A stretch of 64,000 nucleotides of DNA, from the NCBI GenBank assembly GCA_964620945.1, contig CAZUIE010000003.1:405-64404 (forward strand), read 5' to 3'. This document shows, piece after piece, positions 31,786 through 41,483 of this stretch (its first letter is position 1; the number at the start of each line of letters is the position of its first letter). The notes under the pieces are model-generated. The model searched no databases. It was not told the DNA's origin and saw only the letters and a program-made list of their open reading frames with translations. The DNA comes from an uncultured Maribacter sp. (GTDB lineage: Bacteria > Bacteroidota > Bacteroidia > Flavobacteriales > Flavobacteriaceae). The translations under genes and the position numbers were made by a program.

Positions 31786-32583
31786 TTAATTAGGATTTTT
31801 CAGGTTCAGATACACCTCATATTTCAGATTGAAAGATGCTGTCGGGTCGATTCGCAAGCCATTTTTAATGACCTCGTAATGCAGATGGGGACCAGTTGCT
31901 AGGCCAGTGCTGCCAACCGTACCGATTAAATCATGGGCACCAATGGTCTCCCCTTCCATAACGGTGACCGATTCCATATGGCCGTAAAGTGTTTCAAAAC
32001 CATGGGCATGGGAAATCACGATATGGAGGCCATAACCTTTCGGACTATCTTCGACACGTATGACCTTTCCGGCAGCGGTAGCGTATATCGGGGTGTCCTT
32101 TGCGGCGGCGAAATCCACACCAAAATGTTTTTTGGAAATTTGGTGTACGGGATGGTAGCGTTTGCCATACGGACTCGAAAGCACGCAATGTTCGCGAAAC
32201 AAGGGAACAGCGGAGGGAACGCTATCCAAAACATTGTAATGTAAAGGAAGGAAGGACTTTATTTGTTCCAATTGCTGAAAATCCTCCATTTCGACGAAAA
32301 GTTCCCTTAGTTTCCGATAGACCATACCCTTTTTTTGTGGTTCTTTTTCTGAAATTTCTGAATGCTGCGCGAGTGCACCGAAGTATTCCGGTTCTTGAAC
32401 ACTCCCGAAGAAAAAGTGGTTGACCCCAAAAAAAAGAAAGAACAGTCCTACAAAAACCCAGTAAGCGCTGTTTTGTGGCGTAAAATAATCTGTGTGCGTC
32501 GAGTTGGTCACGCCACCGACCTTTGAAACGTAACGCCTTATCCTTATTAGAGTTGTTTTCTTAATAGTTTTCCACCAGCCCAT
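31786..32583 (-). CDS. M23 family peptidoglycan peptidase
   Basis: TM anchor; HFGVD, YGH, TGPHLHYEV motifs. Confidence 0.92.
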   Translation of the reverse strand: MGWWKTIKKTTLIRIRRYVSKVGGVTNSTHTDYFTPQNSAYWVFVGLFFLFFGVNHFFFGSVQEPEYFGALAQHSEISEKEPQKKGMVYRKLRELFVEMEDFQQLEQIKSFLPLHYNVLDSVPSAVPLFREHCVLSSPYGKRYHPVHQISKKHFGVDFAAAKDTPIYATAAGKVIRVEDSPKGYGLHIVISHAHGFETLYGHMESVTVMEGETIGAHDLIGTVGSTGLATGPHLHYEVIKNGLRIDPTASFNLKYEVYLNLKNPN

Positions 32584-32681
32584 CGTATTTCTTTTCTAAT
32601 TTTTAAATCAAAAATTTTGACACTTCAACAAATTTACTATATTTGCTGTAATATTTACAAATATATGTAATTTTTACACAC

Positions 32682-33893
32682 ATGAAAAATAAGTGGCGAA
32701 AATTTGACGAAACCTTGGACTTGGTCTTTCTGATGGAACACTTCGGAATTACCGAAAAGCGCAAAACACGTAAATACATCAGCTACAGCACCCATAGCTC
32801 CAGCTATATACTTATTCGTACCGATGCAGGATATAGGTACTACAGGGCCAGTAGACCCGAAAAAAAATGTACTCCTTTTGACTTTATACTAGAGCGTATA
32901 TCACGGAACGAGAAGAACAGTGCATTAGGACTTTGGTCAAGAATAGATGATTTTTATGCGAGTTTGGAAAATGAACCAACATTTTTTCTGAACTATACAT
33001 CGAAAAACACCTTAGAGACCGTTGCGCTGGATTACAACCATTTCGACGATTTCAACATAGAATTCTCGTTGGTCGAACAGGATTCTAAATCGGTAGATTT
33101 ACAAATCTTCGAGAACAGGGTTTTTGAAAATTCCAAAGGTCAATTGTATTTCCCCTATCGGAATCTGGCCAACAATCTTACGGGTTATGTTACGGTACAG
33201 GAGGGAAAACTATCCCTGCTGGCCGAAAGCGATATATCGGAATCGGTTTGGTTCAGTGACGTTCCAAGGACCATTAAAAACTTGGTCGTATTAAAAAATC
33301 CAATGGAAGCCCTGGCATTTCAGAAAAGATTTCAATTGAAGGACGTGGTCTTTCTAGCCCTTTCAGACATCAATTACAGTAGCACGAAAATTCTTCTGCA
33401 AATCCTAAAACGAACCAAGCTGAAACAAATGGTGCTGAGTTTTACGGGAAGCTCGAAAATCGAAGGTTATATACAGGATTTGATGCTGATATCCTTTATC
33501 AACGATTCCCGCTTTTTGGTTAGGGTCGACGAAGACCATTTGACCGTTAAATTCCACCCAGAAGGTCAGAAACCCTTGGTGAAATTGCACAATGAGATTC
33601 TAAAATACAATAATGGTCTGATGAAGGAGTACCTGAAGTTCAATAAGATCACCGACCAGTCCCTACTCGATAGAAAAAGCATCATTTTGAATCAAGAAAA
33701 GGATTGGGTAGCCTGCCGAATTCCCTATGAGGTAAATGCGTTGCGCTATTTTCTTTGGAGCTATTACCGCAACTATATGCATAAGATCATAGAAATAGTG
33801 AAACCAAAAAATACGAATTGGACTTTAGAGTATGAAGAAAACGGAGCCTATAAGGGAGCCGAGAAATTAAAGGCCTTTAAAATGGCCGTATAA
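32682..33893 (+). CDS. Toprim/primase-like ICE protein (divergent)
   Basis: LYFPY.N....TGY and LVVLKNPMEALAF resemble DUF3991-toprim proteins; acidic toprim motif degenerate. Confidence 0.5.
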   Translation: MKNKWRKFDETLDLVFLMEHFGITEKRKTRKYISYSTHSSSYILIRTDAGYRYYRASRPEKKCTPFDFILERISRNEKNSALGLWSRIDDFYASLENEPTFFLNYTSKNTLETVALDYNHFDDFNIEFSLVEQDSKSVDLQIFENRVFENSKGQLYFPYRNLANNLTGYVTVQEGKLSLLAESDISESVWFSDVPRTIKNLVVLKNPMEALAFQKRFQLKDVVFLALSDINYSSTKILLQILKRTKLKQMVLSFTGSSKIEGYIQDLMLISFINDSRFLVRVDEDHLTVKFHPEGQKPLVKLHNEILKYNNGLMKEYLKFNKITDQSLLDRKSIILNQEKDWVACRIPYEVNALRYFLWSYYRNYMHKIIEIVKPKNTNWTLEYEENGAYKGAEKLKAFKMAV

Positions 33894-33920
33894 AAAAAGG
33901 GGGCGCTCCCACCCCCTTTT
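33894..33920 (+). terminator. Rho-independent terminator
   Basis: AAAAGGGGG..CCCCCTTTT stem after the stop. Confidence 0.6.
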
Positions 33921-34012
33921 ATCCTTAATTCCAAACATGAAAAATGGAAATCTCATGCTAAGAATTACAAAGTTAACAATTGTTTATTAATCCTTAATTT
34001 AAAACTTGAAAA

Positions 34013-34825
34013 ATGGAAAATCAAGCAGAAAAGGTTTACGTAAAAGTGAACCAAAAGTGGCAGCGTGCCACAAAAACCGGTGAGCAGGACGACAAAGTAT
34101 CCATAGCGACCGATGACGGGCAAACATTTAATTTGCCCAAAAACAGCAAGTATTTGGAACCTATCGCATCCAAAGAGCAAAAATTCGCTTACGGTGATGT
34201 AAAGGAACAGTTGGAGGGGCACTATATCAGCTATGCGAAGCTCCCTGAAAGTGTCCGCGATAATTTGGCCGAGGGGAAAGAGTATTTTCACGAGTCCACC
34301 TATATCTCCGAGGGAGAGCTAAAAGAAGGTGCTAAAATGGTACAAATGGTATACGACCGTAATCTAGGTTCCCGTTTGGACGTACAGTACCGAAGAAACG
34401 AGGCGGTTACCTTGGACAAAGCCTGGGCCTACAATCATGCTTTTAGTGCCGACGAATTTGAACGGATGATAGACAAAAAGGAATTCGTCGTCTTTCAGGG
34501 AAGCACGAACGACGGAGAGGTCTTTCAAAAACTGGCCTACTACGAACCGAGGGTTCAGGACATCCGTACCAAATCGGCACTCTCTACCAACACCTATTTC
34601 TATGGAGAGAAATTGACGACAAAACAGGCCGATGCATTGAACAAGGGCCAGGAACTGGAAATGGCCATTAAAAGTAAAAAGCATGGTGTCAAGCCTTACT
34701 TGGTATCCTATTCTCCAAGAAGGGAATCCTATATTACCAAAAATATCGACTTAGCGAAGGCCAGGAACATCGAGGTACGTCAGGACGAAAAAAAAAAGCC
34801 CCGCAGCCGAGGCATGAAGGTCTAA
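34013..34825 (+). CDS. Conserved ICE protein (DUF3945-like)
   Basis: Repeated Y.H.FS..E / YGEKLT..Q..AL..G motifs; ends KKKPRSRGMKV. Confidence 0.55.
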   Translation: MENQAEKVYVKVNQKWQRATKTGEQDDKVSIATDDGQTFNLPKNSKYLEPIASKEQKFAYGDVKEQLEGHYISYAKLPESVRDNLAEGKEYFHESTYISEGELKEGAKMVQMVYDRNLGSRLDVQYRRNEAVTLDKAWAYNHAFSADEFERMIDKKEFVVFQGSTNDGEVFQKLAYYEPRVQDIRTKSALSTNTYFYGEKLTTKQADALNKGQELEMAIKSKKHGVKPYLVSYSPRRESYITKNIDLAKARNIEVRQDEKKKPRSRGMKV

Positions 34826-34849
34826 TGGACTGATGTTCAAGTACCATAT

Positions 34850-34878
34850 AGGCCGTTCGTTCTGGACGGCCTTTTTTT
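34850..34878 (+). terminator. Rho-independent terminator
   Basis: AGGCCGTTC..GGACGGCCT stem followed by T-run. Confidence 0.7.
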
Positions 34879-34952
34879 AAACCCAGTTTAATATACCAAG
34901 AATGTGCCGTACTCCATAGAAGAGCTATGGTGTGTCTCCATTCCCAACAATT

Positions 34953-36242
34953 ATGATAAACTATACTCAGGACCCTTTACTGTATAAACAGTTGATTGCC
35001 CGAATCAATGAGGAGGTCGATTTTTCAGGCTATTTAAACGCCCATGGATATGAGCTTTTAAAGAAAAGTACAGGCTCACAAGAATTCAAAAAGAATGACG
35101 AGCGTATCGTCTTGCAGATCAAAAGGCAACCCGTTACCTATTTCAATCGAAACAACAGTTCGGACAAGGGGCGTTTTTTCAAATTTATGCATATCCGCTC
35201 CGCTAATTTTTATGACGCTATAAAATCGGGATTAGGGGCAATAGAACGAAGCTATGAGGCGGCCAATTTGCAAAAACCACAAAAAAGCAACAAGAACTTC
35301 ATCAGCTTAGAGGAACGCTATAATATAGAGCCCTTGACCAAACCCGTTTATCTGACCGAAAACCGGAATCTTAGTCAGGAAACACTTCAATCCGACGCCT
35401 TCATGAATAGAGTTTTCAATGCCTTCCATATCAATGATCATGACGGCCGCATTACGAATATTGCCCTCCCGAAATATGGCACGGACGGCAGTATCAAAAA
35501 CTACACGCTGTACAACCGACCCTATCGGGACAGCAAAGATGGCAAAAAGAAGAAATTTCGCTTGTTCTTGAATGAACGCTATGAGTACCTCTTTGTTTCA
35601 AATCCAGAGATCAAGGTAGAGAAAGTGGTCTGCGTGGAAAGCGGATTTGACGCCATGGCCTATCATGAGCTACACAAGCTTCCCAAGGTCTTTTACATTT
35701 CTATGTCAGGTCATATAGATTCGCGAAAACTAGAACAGTTTTTCCAGTGGAACAAAATGGTCAGCGGGCCTACTCCCTTGCCAATTCATTTGGCTTTTGA
35801 CCATGATATCGAGGGAATGCGCTACGACCTTATGGTACTTAGCGGTTGCATCAATCGATGGTCGGACAGGGTTAATATGGAACTTAACTGGAAGCGACCC
35901 CGAATGCTGGTTCAATTGAACTATGGGTCTAAATCCCTGACCGAAATGGAACGGGATACGGATTTTATCAATACACAGATCTCTGTTAGTGCAGGGGAAA
36001 TGGCTCAAGTTTTCACAAAAGCGATTTGCTTTAAGGACAAGGTGGTTTGGGAACTCGATCTATACAAAATACAACAGTTCCCAGCAGTATCAAGGGACCA
36101 TTGGAAGAAGGCAATAGGTATCCTCTCCCACTGTTTTGTAAAGCACGTCATCACAATGGACAAATCGCCCACTGCCAAGGATTGGAACGATGAACTGATT
36201 GCTGTAAAAAAAAAGTCCGTTTATCAGCTAGCGCATCTATAA
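34953..36242 (+). CDS. Toprim-domain primase-like protein
   Basis: VESGFDAMAYHEL, LAFDHDIEG, KDWNDEL toprim motifs; possible frameshift extension to 36301. Confidence 0.8.
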   Translation: MINYTQDPLLYKQLIARINEEVDFSGYLNAHGYELLKKSTGSQEFKKNDERIVLQIKRQPVTYFNRNNSSDKGRFFKFMHIRSANFYDAIKSGLGAIERSYEAANLQKPQKSNKNFISLEERYNIEPLTKPVYLTENRNLSQETLQSDAFMNRVFNAFHINDHDGRITNIALPKYGTDGSIKNYTLYNRPYRDSKDGKKKKFRLFLNERYEYLFVSNPEIKVEKVVCVESGFDAMAYHELHKLPKVFYISMSGHIDSRKLEQFFQWNKMVSGPTPLPIHLAFDHDIEGMRYDLMVLSGCINRWSDRVNMELNWKRPRMLVQLNYGSKSLTEMERDTDFINTQISVSAGEMAQVFTKAICFKDKVVWELDLYKIQQFPAVSRDHWKKAIGILSHCFVKHVITMDKSPTAKDWNDELIAVKKKSVYQLAHL

Positions 36243-36290
36243 AACAACATACGGTGAAAGAACAGGCCAAGAAACGCAAACAAAAAGGAT

Positions 36291-38756
36291 ATGCAAGATA
36301 AAAACAAGGGGTACATGGGCATGTATCTGTCCGCTTTTTATTTCGCTATTTTCCTGTTTCGGGAATATTTAGCGCTATACGTCTATCATTATGGCCAACA
36401 GCCATTTCTAAACAAAACCTATGCCTATTTAGTACAATCGGGACTACCTTCAGAAGGTACCACAGCCCGACTTCTACTGTTAGGCCTTTTGATGGGCGGT
36501 CTATTGCTTTACCGGCCTATCAAGAAGGAAAATATCAAGCTGGAAAAAAGTATCTTAGGTTTTCTAATTTCCTTAAGCATGCTGTTCCTATCGGGTTTTG
36601 ATTATAGCACCTCCTTGAATGGCATGTATCTCACTTTGATGCTCCTATTATGTGCTTATCTAGGCTTGATGACCTTTGGCATGCGCTTGTTCCAGTTTCT
36701 GGATTTTAGGAACCTGGCCGAAAAAGACCCGTTCAACGATACGAACGAAACTTTTGAGCAGACCGAAGAACGTATCGATACGCCCCATTCCGTAAACATT
36801 CCGTATACCTACACCCATAAGGGAAAACAACGAAAAGGGTGGATCAATTTCGTTAATCTGTTCCGATCCTTATTGGTTATCGGAACCCCGGGCAGCGGTA
36901 AGTCCTTTTCCGTTATCGAGGAAATCATGGCGCAGTTCATCGAGAAGAAGTTTGCCATGGTCATTTACGATTTTAAGTTCGACACGTTGACCCGAAAGGC
37001 CTACGGCTACTTGCAGGAAGCGAAGAAAAAGCATGGAGATTCATCCGAAACTCCTTTTCCACAACTTTACCGAATCTGTTTTGATGACCTGAGAATGACC
37101 CATAAGAACAATCCAATGGATCCTTATAGGCTCATAAATCAATCGGATGCTATCGATACCGCTGCAACCCTTATGAAAAACTTGAATCCGGAATGGATCA
37201 AGAGGCAGGACTACTTTTCGCGAAGCGCCATTAGTTATACGGGCGGTTGTATCTGGTACTTAAAAAAGAAATCGGAGAAAACCGGAAACTATATCTGCAC
37301 CCCAGGGCATTTGGCCATATTGACCACGGTCAAAATCGACATCCTGATGGAAATAATGACAAAAGATGTCGAAGTACGCCAAATTCTGGTACCCTTTCGC
37401 GATGCCCTCGAAAAAGAGGCCATGGAACAATTATCGGGTCAGACCAGTACCGTTCAGATTAGCCTTTCCAGTATGGCCACCAAGGAGATTTTTTATGTGA
37501 TGTCCGGCAATGATTTCAGTCTTGACGTGAATGACCCAAAATATCCCAAAATCGTATCGCTTCAGAACAATCCCGAGCGAAAGGAAGTCTACTCGGCACC
37601 TTTGGGCCTGTATATGAATACCATTCTCAAACAAGTAAACAAACCGGGCAAACGGCCAATGGCCCTTCTCATAGACGAAGTGCCAACGCTGTTCATCATG
37701 TTGTTACGAACCATTATCGATACCGGTCGCGAAAACAAGATTGCTACCATCTTAGGCCTTCAAAGTGTTGGGCAGCTTATCTTGGACTATGGTAGGGATT
37801 TGGCCGATGTTATATATGCCAACTGCGCCAATGTTATCTGTGGAGCGGCCAAGGGAGAGACCGCAAGGCGATTGAGCGAGCTTTTTGGCAAAATACATCA
37901 AGAACGAATTTCAAAAAATACGAGCAGTTCCGATGTGAGCACCAATTGGAGTACCCAGATGATGGAACTTTTACCAAAAAGTAAGATCGCTTCTATGTCC
38001 ACGGGGAATTTCGCCGGCCTTTTGGCAGATACTTTCGAGCATCAAATACCGGAAAAAAAATGTTATGGTCAGCTACTCCCCGATATTGAAGCTAAGGAAC
38101 GGGCCATGAAACATACGCTTCCCATCGTAAACGATTTTCGTCCTACGGACTACACCGAACGTTTAGAGGCGCAATTGAAACTGGTTGAAGAGCTCGAACT
38201 CTATAAAAAATCCAGCCTGCTTTTCGCAAAGGAGATTGGCTACATTGAGTTCTACGGCACCCATCTTGACGAATTGGCGAGGCATAGCTTTCCCAACGGT
38301 ACGACCCGCAGAATTTTTAAAAGTGTGGTAAAGGAACTCCGCCTTTTTGAATACAAAAGTCCTATTTTAGAACTTTTAAAGAACAGTGCAGGTCCTTCCC
38401 AATGGCAAAAGCTGTTTGGGCACATCGTGGACGAATTTTTGGTACAAACAGAAATAAATCGGGTAACGCAGGCTAAATTTGATCAAATCATCGGCGAAGT
38501 AGATGATTTGGTCAAGGAAGAGTATAAACGAAGTACTGGGAAACAACTAAAGAGTGCCATATTTGATGAAAAGAAAATAAATGGTGAAATTGCGAAGTCC
38601 CTGACCAACTCCGAGAAGGAAGTTACAAGGTTTATGGATGACTTTAAACAAGAGCTGAAAGACCCCGAAATGAGTCTTTTGGATGAATTACAAGAAGAGT
38701 CACAAAACATTTTTGAGGAGAAATTTTCTTCTCATCCCATAGAAAATTTTGAATAA
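36291..38756 (+). CDS. Type IV coupling protein (VirD4/TraD-like)
   Basis: N-terminal TM helices; GWINFVNLFR, GTPGSGKS Walker A, YDFKF, IDEVPT Walker B. Confidence 0.93.
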   Translation: MQDKNKGYMGMYLSAFYFAIFLFREYLALYVYHYGQQPFLNKTYAYLVQSGLPSEGTTARLLLLGLLMGGLLLYRPIKKENIKLEKSILGFLISLSMLFLSGFDYSTSLNGMYLTLMLLLCAYLGLMTFGMRLFQFLDFRNLAEKDPFNDTNETFEQTEERIDTPHSVNIPYTYTHKGKQRKGWINFVNLFRSLLVIGTPGSGKSFSVIEEIMAQFIEKKFAMVIYDFKFDTLTRKAYGYLQEAKKKHGDSSETPFPQLYRICFDDLRMTHKNNPMDPYRLINQSDAIDTAATLMKNLNPEWIKRQDYFSRSAISYTGGCIWYLKKKSEKTGNYICTPGHLAILTTVKIDILMEIMTKDVEVRQILVPFRDALEKEAMEQLSGQTSTVQISLSSMATKEIFYVMSGNDFSLDVNDPKYPKIVSLQNNPERKEVYSAPLGLYMNTILKQVNKPGKRPMALLIDEVPTLFIMLLRTIIDTGRENKIATILGLQSVGQLILDYGRDLADVIYANCANVICGAAKGETARRLSELFGKIHQERISKNTSSSDVSTNWSTQMMELLPKSKIASMSTGNFAGLLADTFEHQIPEKKCYGQLLPDIEAKERAMKHTLPIVNDFRPTDYTERLEAQLKLVEELELYKKSSLLFAKEIGYIEFYGTHLDELARHSFPNGTTRRIFKSVVKELRLFEYKSPILELLKNSAGPSQWQKLFGHIVDEFLVQTEINRVTQAKFDQIIGEVDDLVKEEYKRSTGKQLKSAIFDEKKINGEIAKSLTNSEKEVTRFMDDFKQELKDPEMSLLDELQEESQNIFEEKFSSHPIENFE

Positions 38757-39154
38757 TGGATATAGAATCAATCATTGAACTTGACTCCAAGGACCTTGGA
38801 TACATCGGGGAGCGTTTAAAGGAAATACGACTAGAACTAGTTGAACTCGACGATATCGAGGATAAACGGTTCAGTGCTTTTTCATTGACCAAACTGAGCG
38901 AACGATTGAACATCGACCGGGCCACTTTGGCCAATGTCGAGCGAGGCTCTTCCATGGTGAACTCTATAAAGATCATCCTCTATTTCTATAGCTTGGGCTA
39001 TAATCCCATATGGATTCTTTTGCCCGACAATGAATTTATCCAAAAACGGAAGCTTGGGGAGAATATGGTCTATCAGGAAGGGCTCCAAGAAAAATTCCTT
39101 GAACTGGAAGAACGTGTGTCGGATGCCATAAAGGACTTTAAGAGCGAATTATAG
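38756..39154 (+). CDS. XRE-family HTH regulator
   Basis: IGERLKEIR...LSERLNIDRATLANVERG. Confidence 0.8.
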   Translation: MDIESIIELDSKDLGYIGERLKEIRLELVELDDIEDKRFSAFSLTKLSERLNIDRATLANVERGSSMVNSIKIILYFYSLGYNPIWILLPDNEFIQKRKLGENMVYQEGLQEKFLELEERVSDAIKDFKSEL

Positions 39155-39231
39155 TATTTCAGCGGTACTTCTGTCCCCCCATTTATGGCTACTGGATAAA
39201 GCATACCCCCTACTCCGAATACCTACTCACG

Positions 39232-39365
39232 CAATGTTCAATGCTATATAGCACTATAGCTTCAATGTACTATAGCGCTATTGCTACAATGCTATATAGC
39301 GGTATAGCATCATAGCAGTATTGCTTTAATTGTTTATAGCATCATATGACCATATGACACTATAA
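39232..39365. repeat. Array of short (C)TATAGC/GCTAT units, parS/centromere-like
   Basis: About ten degenerate units in both orientations, including GCTATATAGC twice, directly upstream of parA. Confidence 0.65.
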
Positions 39366-39397
39366 TCATTTGACCGTTTAATTTTAAAAATATAGGT

Positions 39398-40072
39398 ATG
39401 GAAACAAAAATAATTTCTTGTACGGGAGAAAAGGGCGGTTGTGGAAAAACGACCCTGAACATAATACTTGCTACCAACTTTTATCACTTATACGATAAGA
39501 AGGTGGTACTGATCGATATGGACAATCCACAGTATTCCGTATACAAAAAGCGAAAGCGGGATTTATCGCAAGTTGGTAAAATGGAAACAAAGGTCTTTCC
39601 CGTAGAGCGGGCGACCATCCATACCTTGGAAACGCTGATCAAAAAATATTACGGCACCGTCGATTTCATCATTATCGATTTTCCAGGGAACCTTAACGAG
39701 GAAATGGTAAGAGGCCTCTTGTTTGTGGAACACATCTTCATTCCTTTTTTTCTTGACGAATTGGAAATCGACAGTACAGCGGTATTCTATAAGACATTAT
39801 GTAAGAATTTTTTAGGGAATGATGCCAGGGTGTTACGTTCCGTAAATCTCTTTTTTAACCGTTACGAGCTCGTCAAGGTCAACAAGTTCAATGCCGTCCG
39901 TAGAACCCTAGCGGGGGCGGGAATGTCCATGATGCAACACGTGGTCATGGAAAGAACCATTTACAGGGAAAAATACCGAAATACGATTATGCCCATTCCC
40001 CCATCCAAGGAAAACGACGAGCGGGGGCTGAAACAATTCATGGAAGAAGTACTTGAAATATCAAAAACCTGA
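39398..40072 (+). CDS. parA: ParA-family ATPase (CTn TraA-like)
   Basis: KGGCGKTT deviant Walker A; LIDMD, IIDFPG. Confidence 0.9.
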   Translation: METKIISCTGEKGGCGKTTLNIILATNFYHLYDKKVVLIDMDNPQYSVYKKRKRDLSQVGKMETKVFPVERATIHTLETLIKKYYGTVDFIIIDFPGNLNEEMVRGLLFVEHIFIPFFLDELEIDSTAVFYKTLCKNFLGNDARVLRSVNLFFNRYELVKVNKFNAVRRTLAGAGMSMMQHVVMERTIYREKYRNTIMPIPPSKENDERGLKQFMEEVLEISKT

Positions 40073-40074
40073 TT

Positions 40075-40515
40075 ATGAAAAAGAAGTTAAACGTCAAGGA
40101 TTTGCTCGATTCGGCGATTTTGGACAATATGGACACACAAAAAGAAGTTAAAGGTCTCAGGGATGAACGACATCCGGATACCGAACAGAACGATTTGAAG
40201 GGCAATGCTTTGGAAGGTAGTGTCTCGCAAGGGTCGAGTATGGACAGTTTTCCCACGGCCAATTTGAATCAAAGCGAACGTACTTCGGTAACGGATTTTG
40301 AACTATTTCTTGAGCAAGATCTGTATTCCGATAAAAAGGAACAGTTCATCTTTAGGTTGAGCAAGACCTGTTTCGAAAACTATGAAAAGCTGGCAAGTGC
40401 CTATAATTATAAATTGAACAAAAAGGTATCCCGTAATGATATTATGAGAAAGGCCTTGGAGCTTTACCATGAAAATAGCATTGTGGAACTAAAGAGAATT
40501 ATGGATAAGATTTGA
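40075..40515 (+). CDS. ParA partner, probable C-terminal ribbon-helix-helix protein
   Basis: Disordered N-terminus then FIFRLS...SRNDIMRKAL. Confidence 0.55.
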   Translation: MKKKLNVKDLLDSAILDNMDTQKEVKGLRDERHPDTEQNDLKGNALEGSVSQGSSMDSFPTANLNQSERTSVTDFELFLEQDLYSDKKEQFIFRLSKTCFENYEKLASAYNYKLNKKVSRNDIMRKALELYHENSIVELKRIMDKI

Positions 40516-40868
40516 ATTGGCAATGGGAACATATCGTCTACGTGGTCATTTGTACTTTAGGTTTACTTTGGTACATCTTGGTCTATGTCATCCTCAAACA
40601 AAATAAAAAAGAAAAGAAAGTTCAGGAAAATGATTCATTTGTGCAAAAATCTTCTATATTTGTAAAAAACACATCATTAAAGGAAAAAGATATGGACCAG
40701 TTACTCAACCGTGTCGACGAAAATGAAACCAGCTCAGCGCTGTTGGATATTTTCAATGCTTCCGATAAAGATGTTCAGAATGAATCCTTAATTCCAGAAC
40801 ATGAAAAATTTAAGATCATCAAAAATTCAGACCCACCGCCGAATCCGGAGGTGGACGATTCCATGTAG
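40512..40868 (+). CDS. Small membrane-anchored Tra-region protein
   Basis: N-terminal TM helix (..LWYILVYVI); TTG start. Confidence 0.6.
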   Translation: MNWQWEHIVYVVICTLGLLWYILVYVILKQNKKEKKVQENDSFVQKSSIFVKNTSLKEKDMDQLLNRVDENETSSALLDIFNASDKDVQNESLIPEHEKFKIIKNSDPPPNPEVDDSM

Positions 40869-41157
40869 TTATTTTTTGACCCTCCTTTTTGTTTTTGCTT
40901 CACACTATCTTGGCTTTGCCCAAATCGAGCAATTGGTCGAACAGGTCACTGAGGCGGAACAGGGTACTGTTCAAATCGGAAATAGTATTTTCCGGATCAT
41001 CAAAGTTGCAGCCGGTGTTCTATTGGCCATTGCCGCCGTTGCCTTTCTGATTGTTAGGGAACAGAACCAGGACATGGCCCGAAAAGTAGGTAACGCTATT
41101 TTAGGCTTGGTCATTTTCTACGGCCTTATCGAAATCGGTGAAAACTTGGCCGGTTAA
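40801..41157 (+). CDS. Pilin-like conjugation protein (TraE/VirB2-like)
   Basis: Signal peptide plus two TM helices, upstream of TraF and TraG. Confidence 0.65.
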   Translation: MKNLRSSKIQTHRRIRRWTIPCSYFLTLLFVFASHYLGFAQIEQLVEQVTEAEQGTVQIGNSIFRIIKVAAGVLLAIAAVAFLIVREQNQDMARKVGNAILGLVIFYGLIEIGENLAG

Positions 41158-41159
41158 AG

Positions 41160-41483
41160 ATGGAAAACAAGCTGGTAAGAATCCCAAAGGCCCTTCAGAA
41201 GGATGTCTTCTTCTTTGGGCTACGCGCTAAATATGTGGATCAAGCCTTCAAAGGCTCCTTCCTATCCTTGATGTCGGGACTGTTCTTGAGTACGGTCATA
41301 CCCACTTTTCTCAGTCTCATACTTTCCTTTTGTACCGCGGCATGTTACATCGGGCTTATGCTCTTCTATTCCAAAGCTTATGGTGAGAATGGTTTTACAA
41401 AGTCCAGAGCGGATAGGAATGGTCCCGATGCCATCAAAGGCCATGTGAACAAAAAGAACCTCGTGTTATGGAAAAAACAATAA
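41160..41483 (+). CDS. traF: TraF/VirB3-like (DUF4133)
   Basis: FFGLRAKY and KAYGENG motifs, two TMs. Confidence 0.75.
   Translation: MENKLVRIPKALQKDVFFFGLRAKYVDQAFKGSFLSLMSGLFLSTVIPTFLSLILSFCTAACYIGLMLFYSKAYGENGFTKSRADRNGPDAIKGHVNKKNLVLWKKQ

Noticed and set aside
39232..39365. CRISPR array
   Set aside because: Units are 6-10 bp and degenerate with no unique spacers; no cas genes in the window
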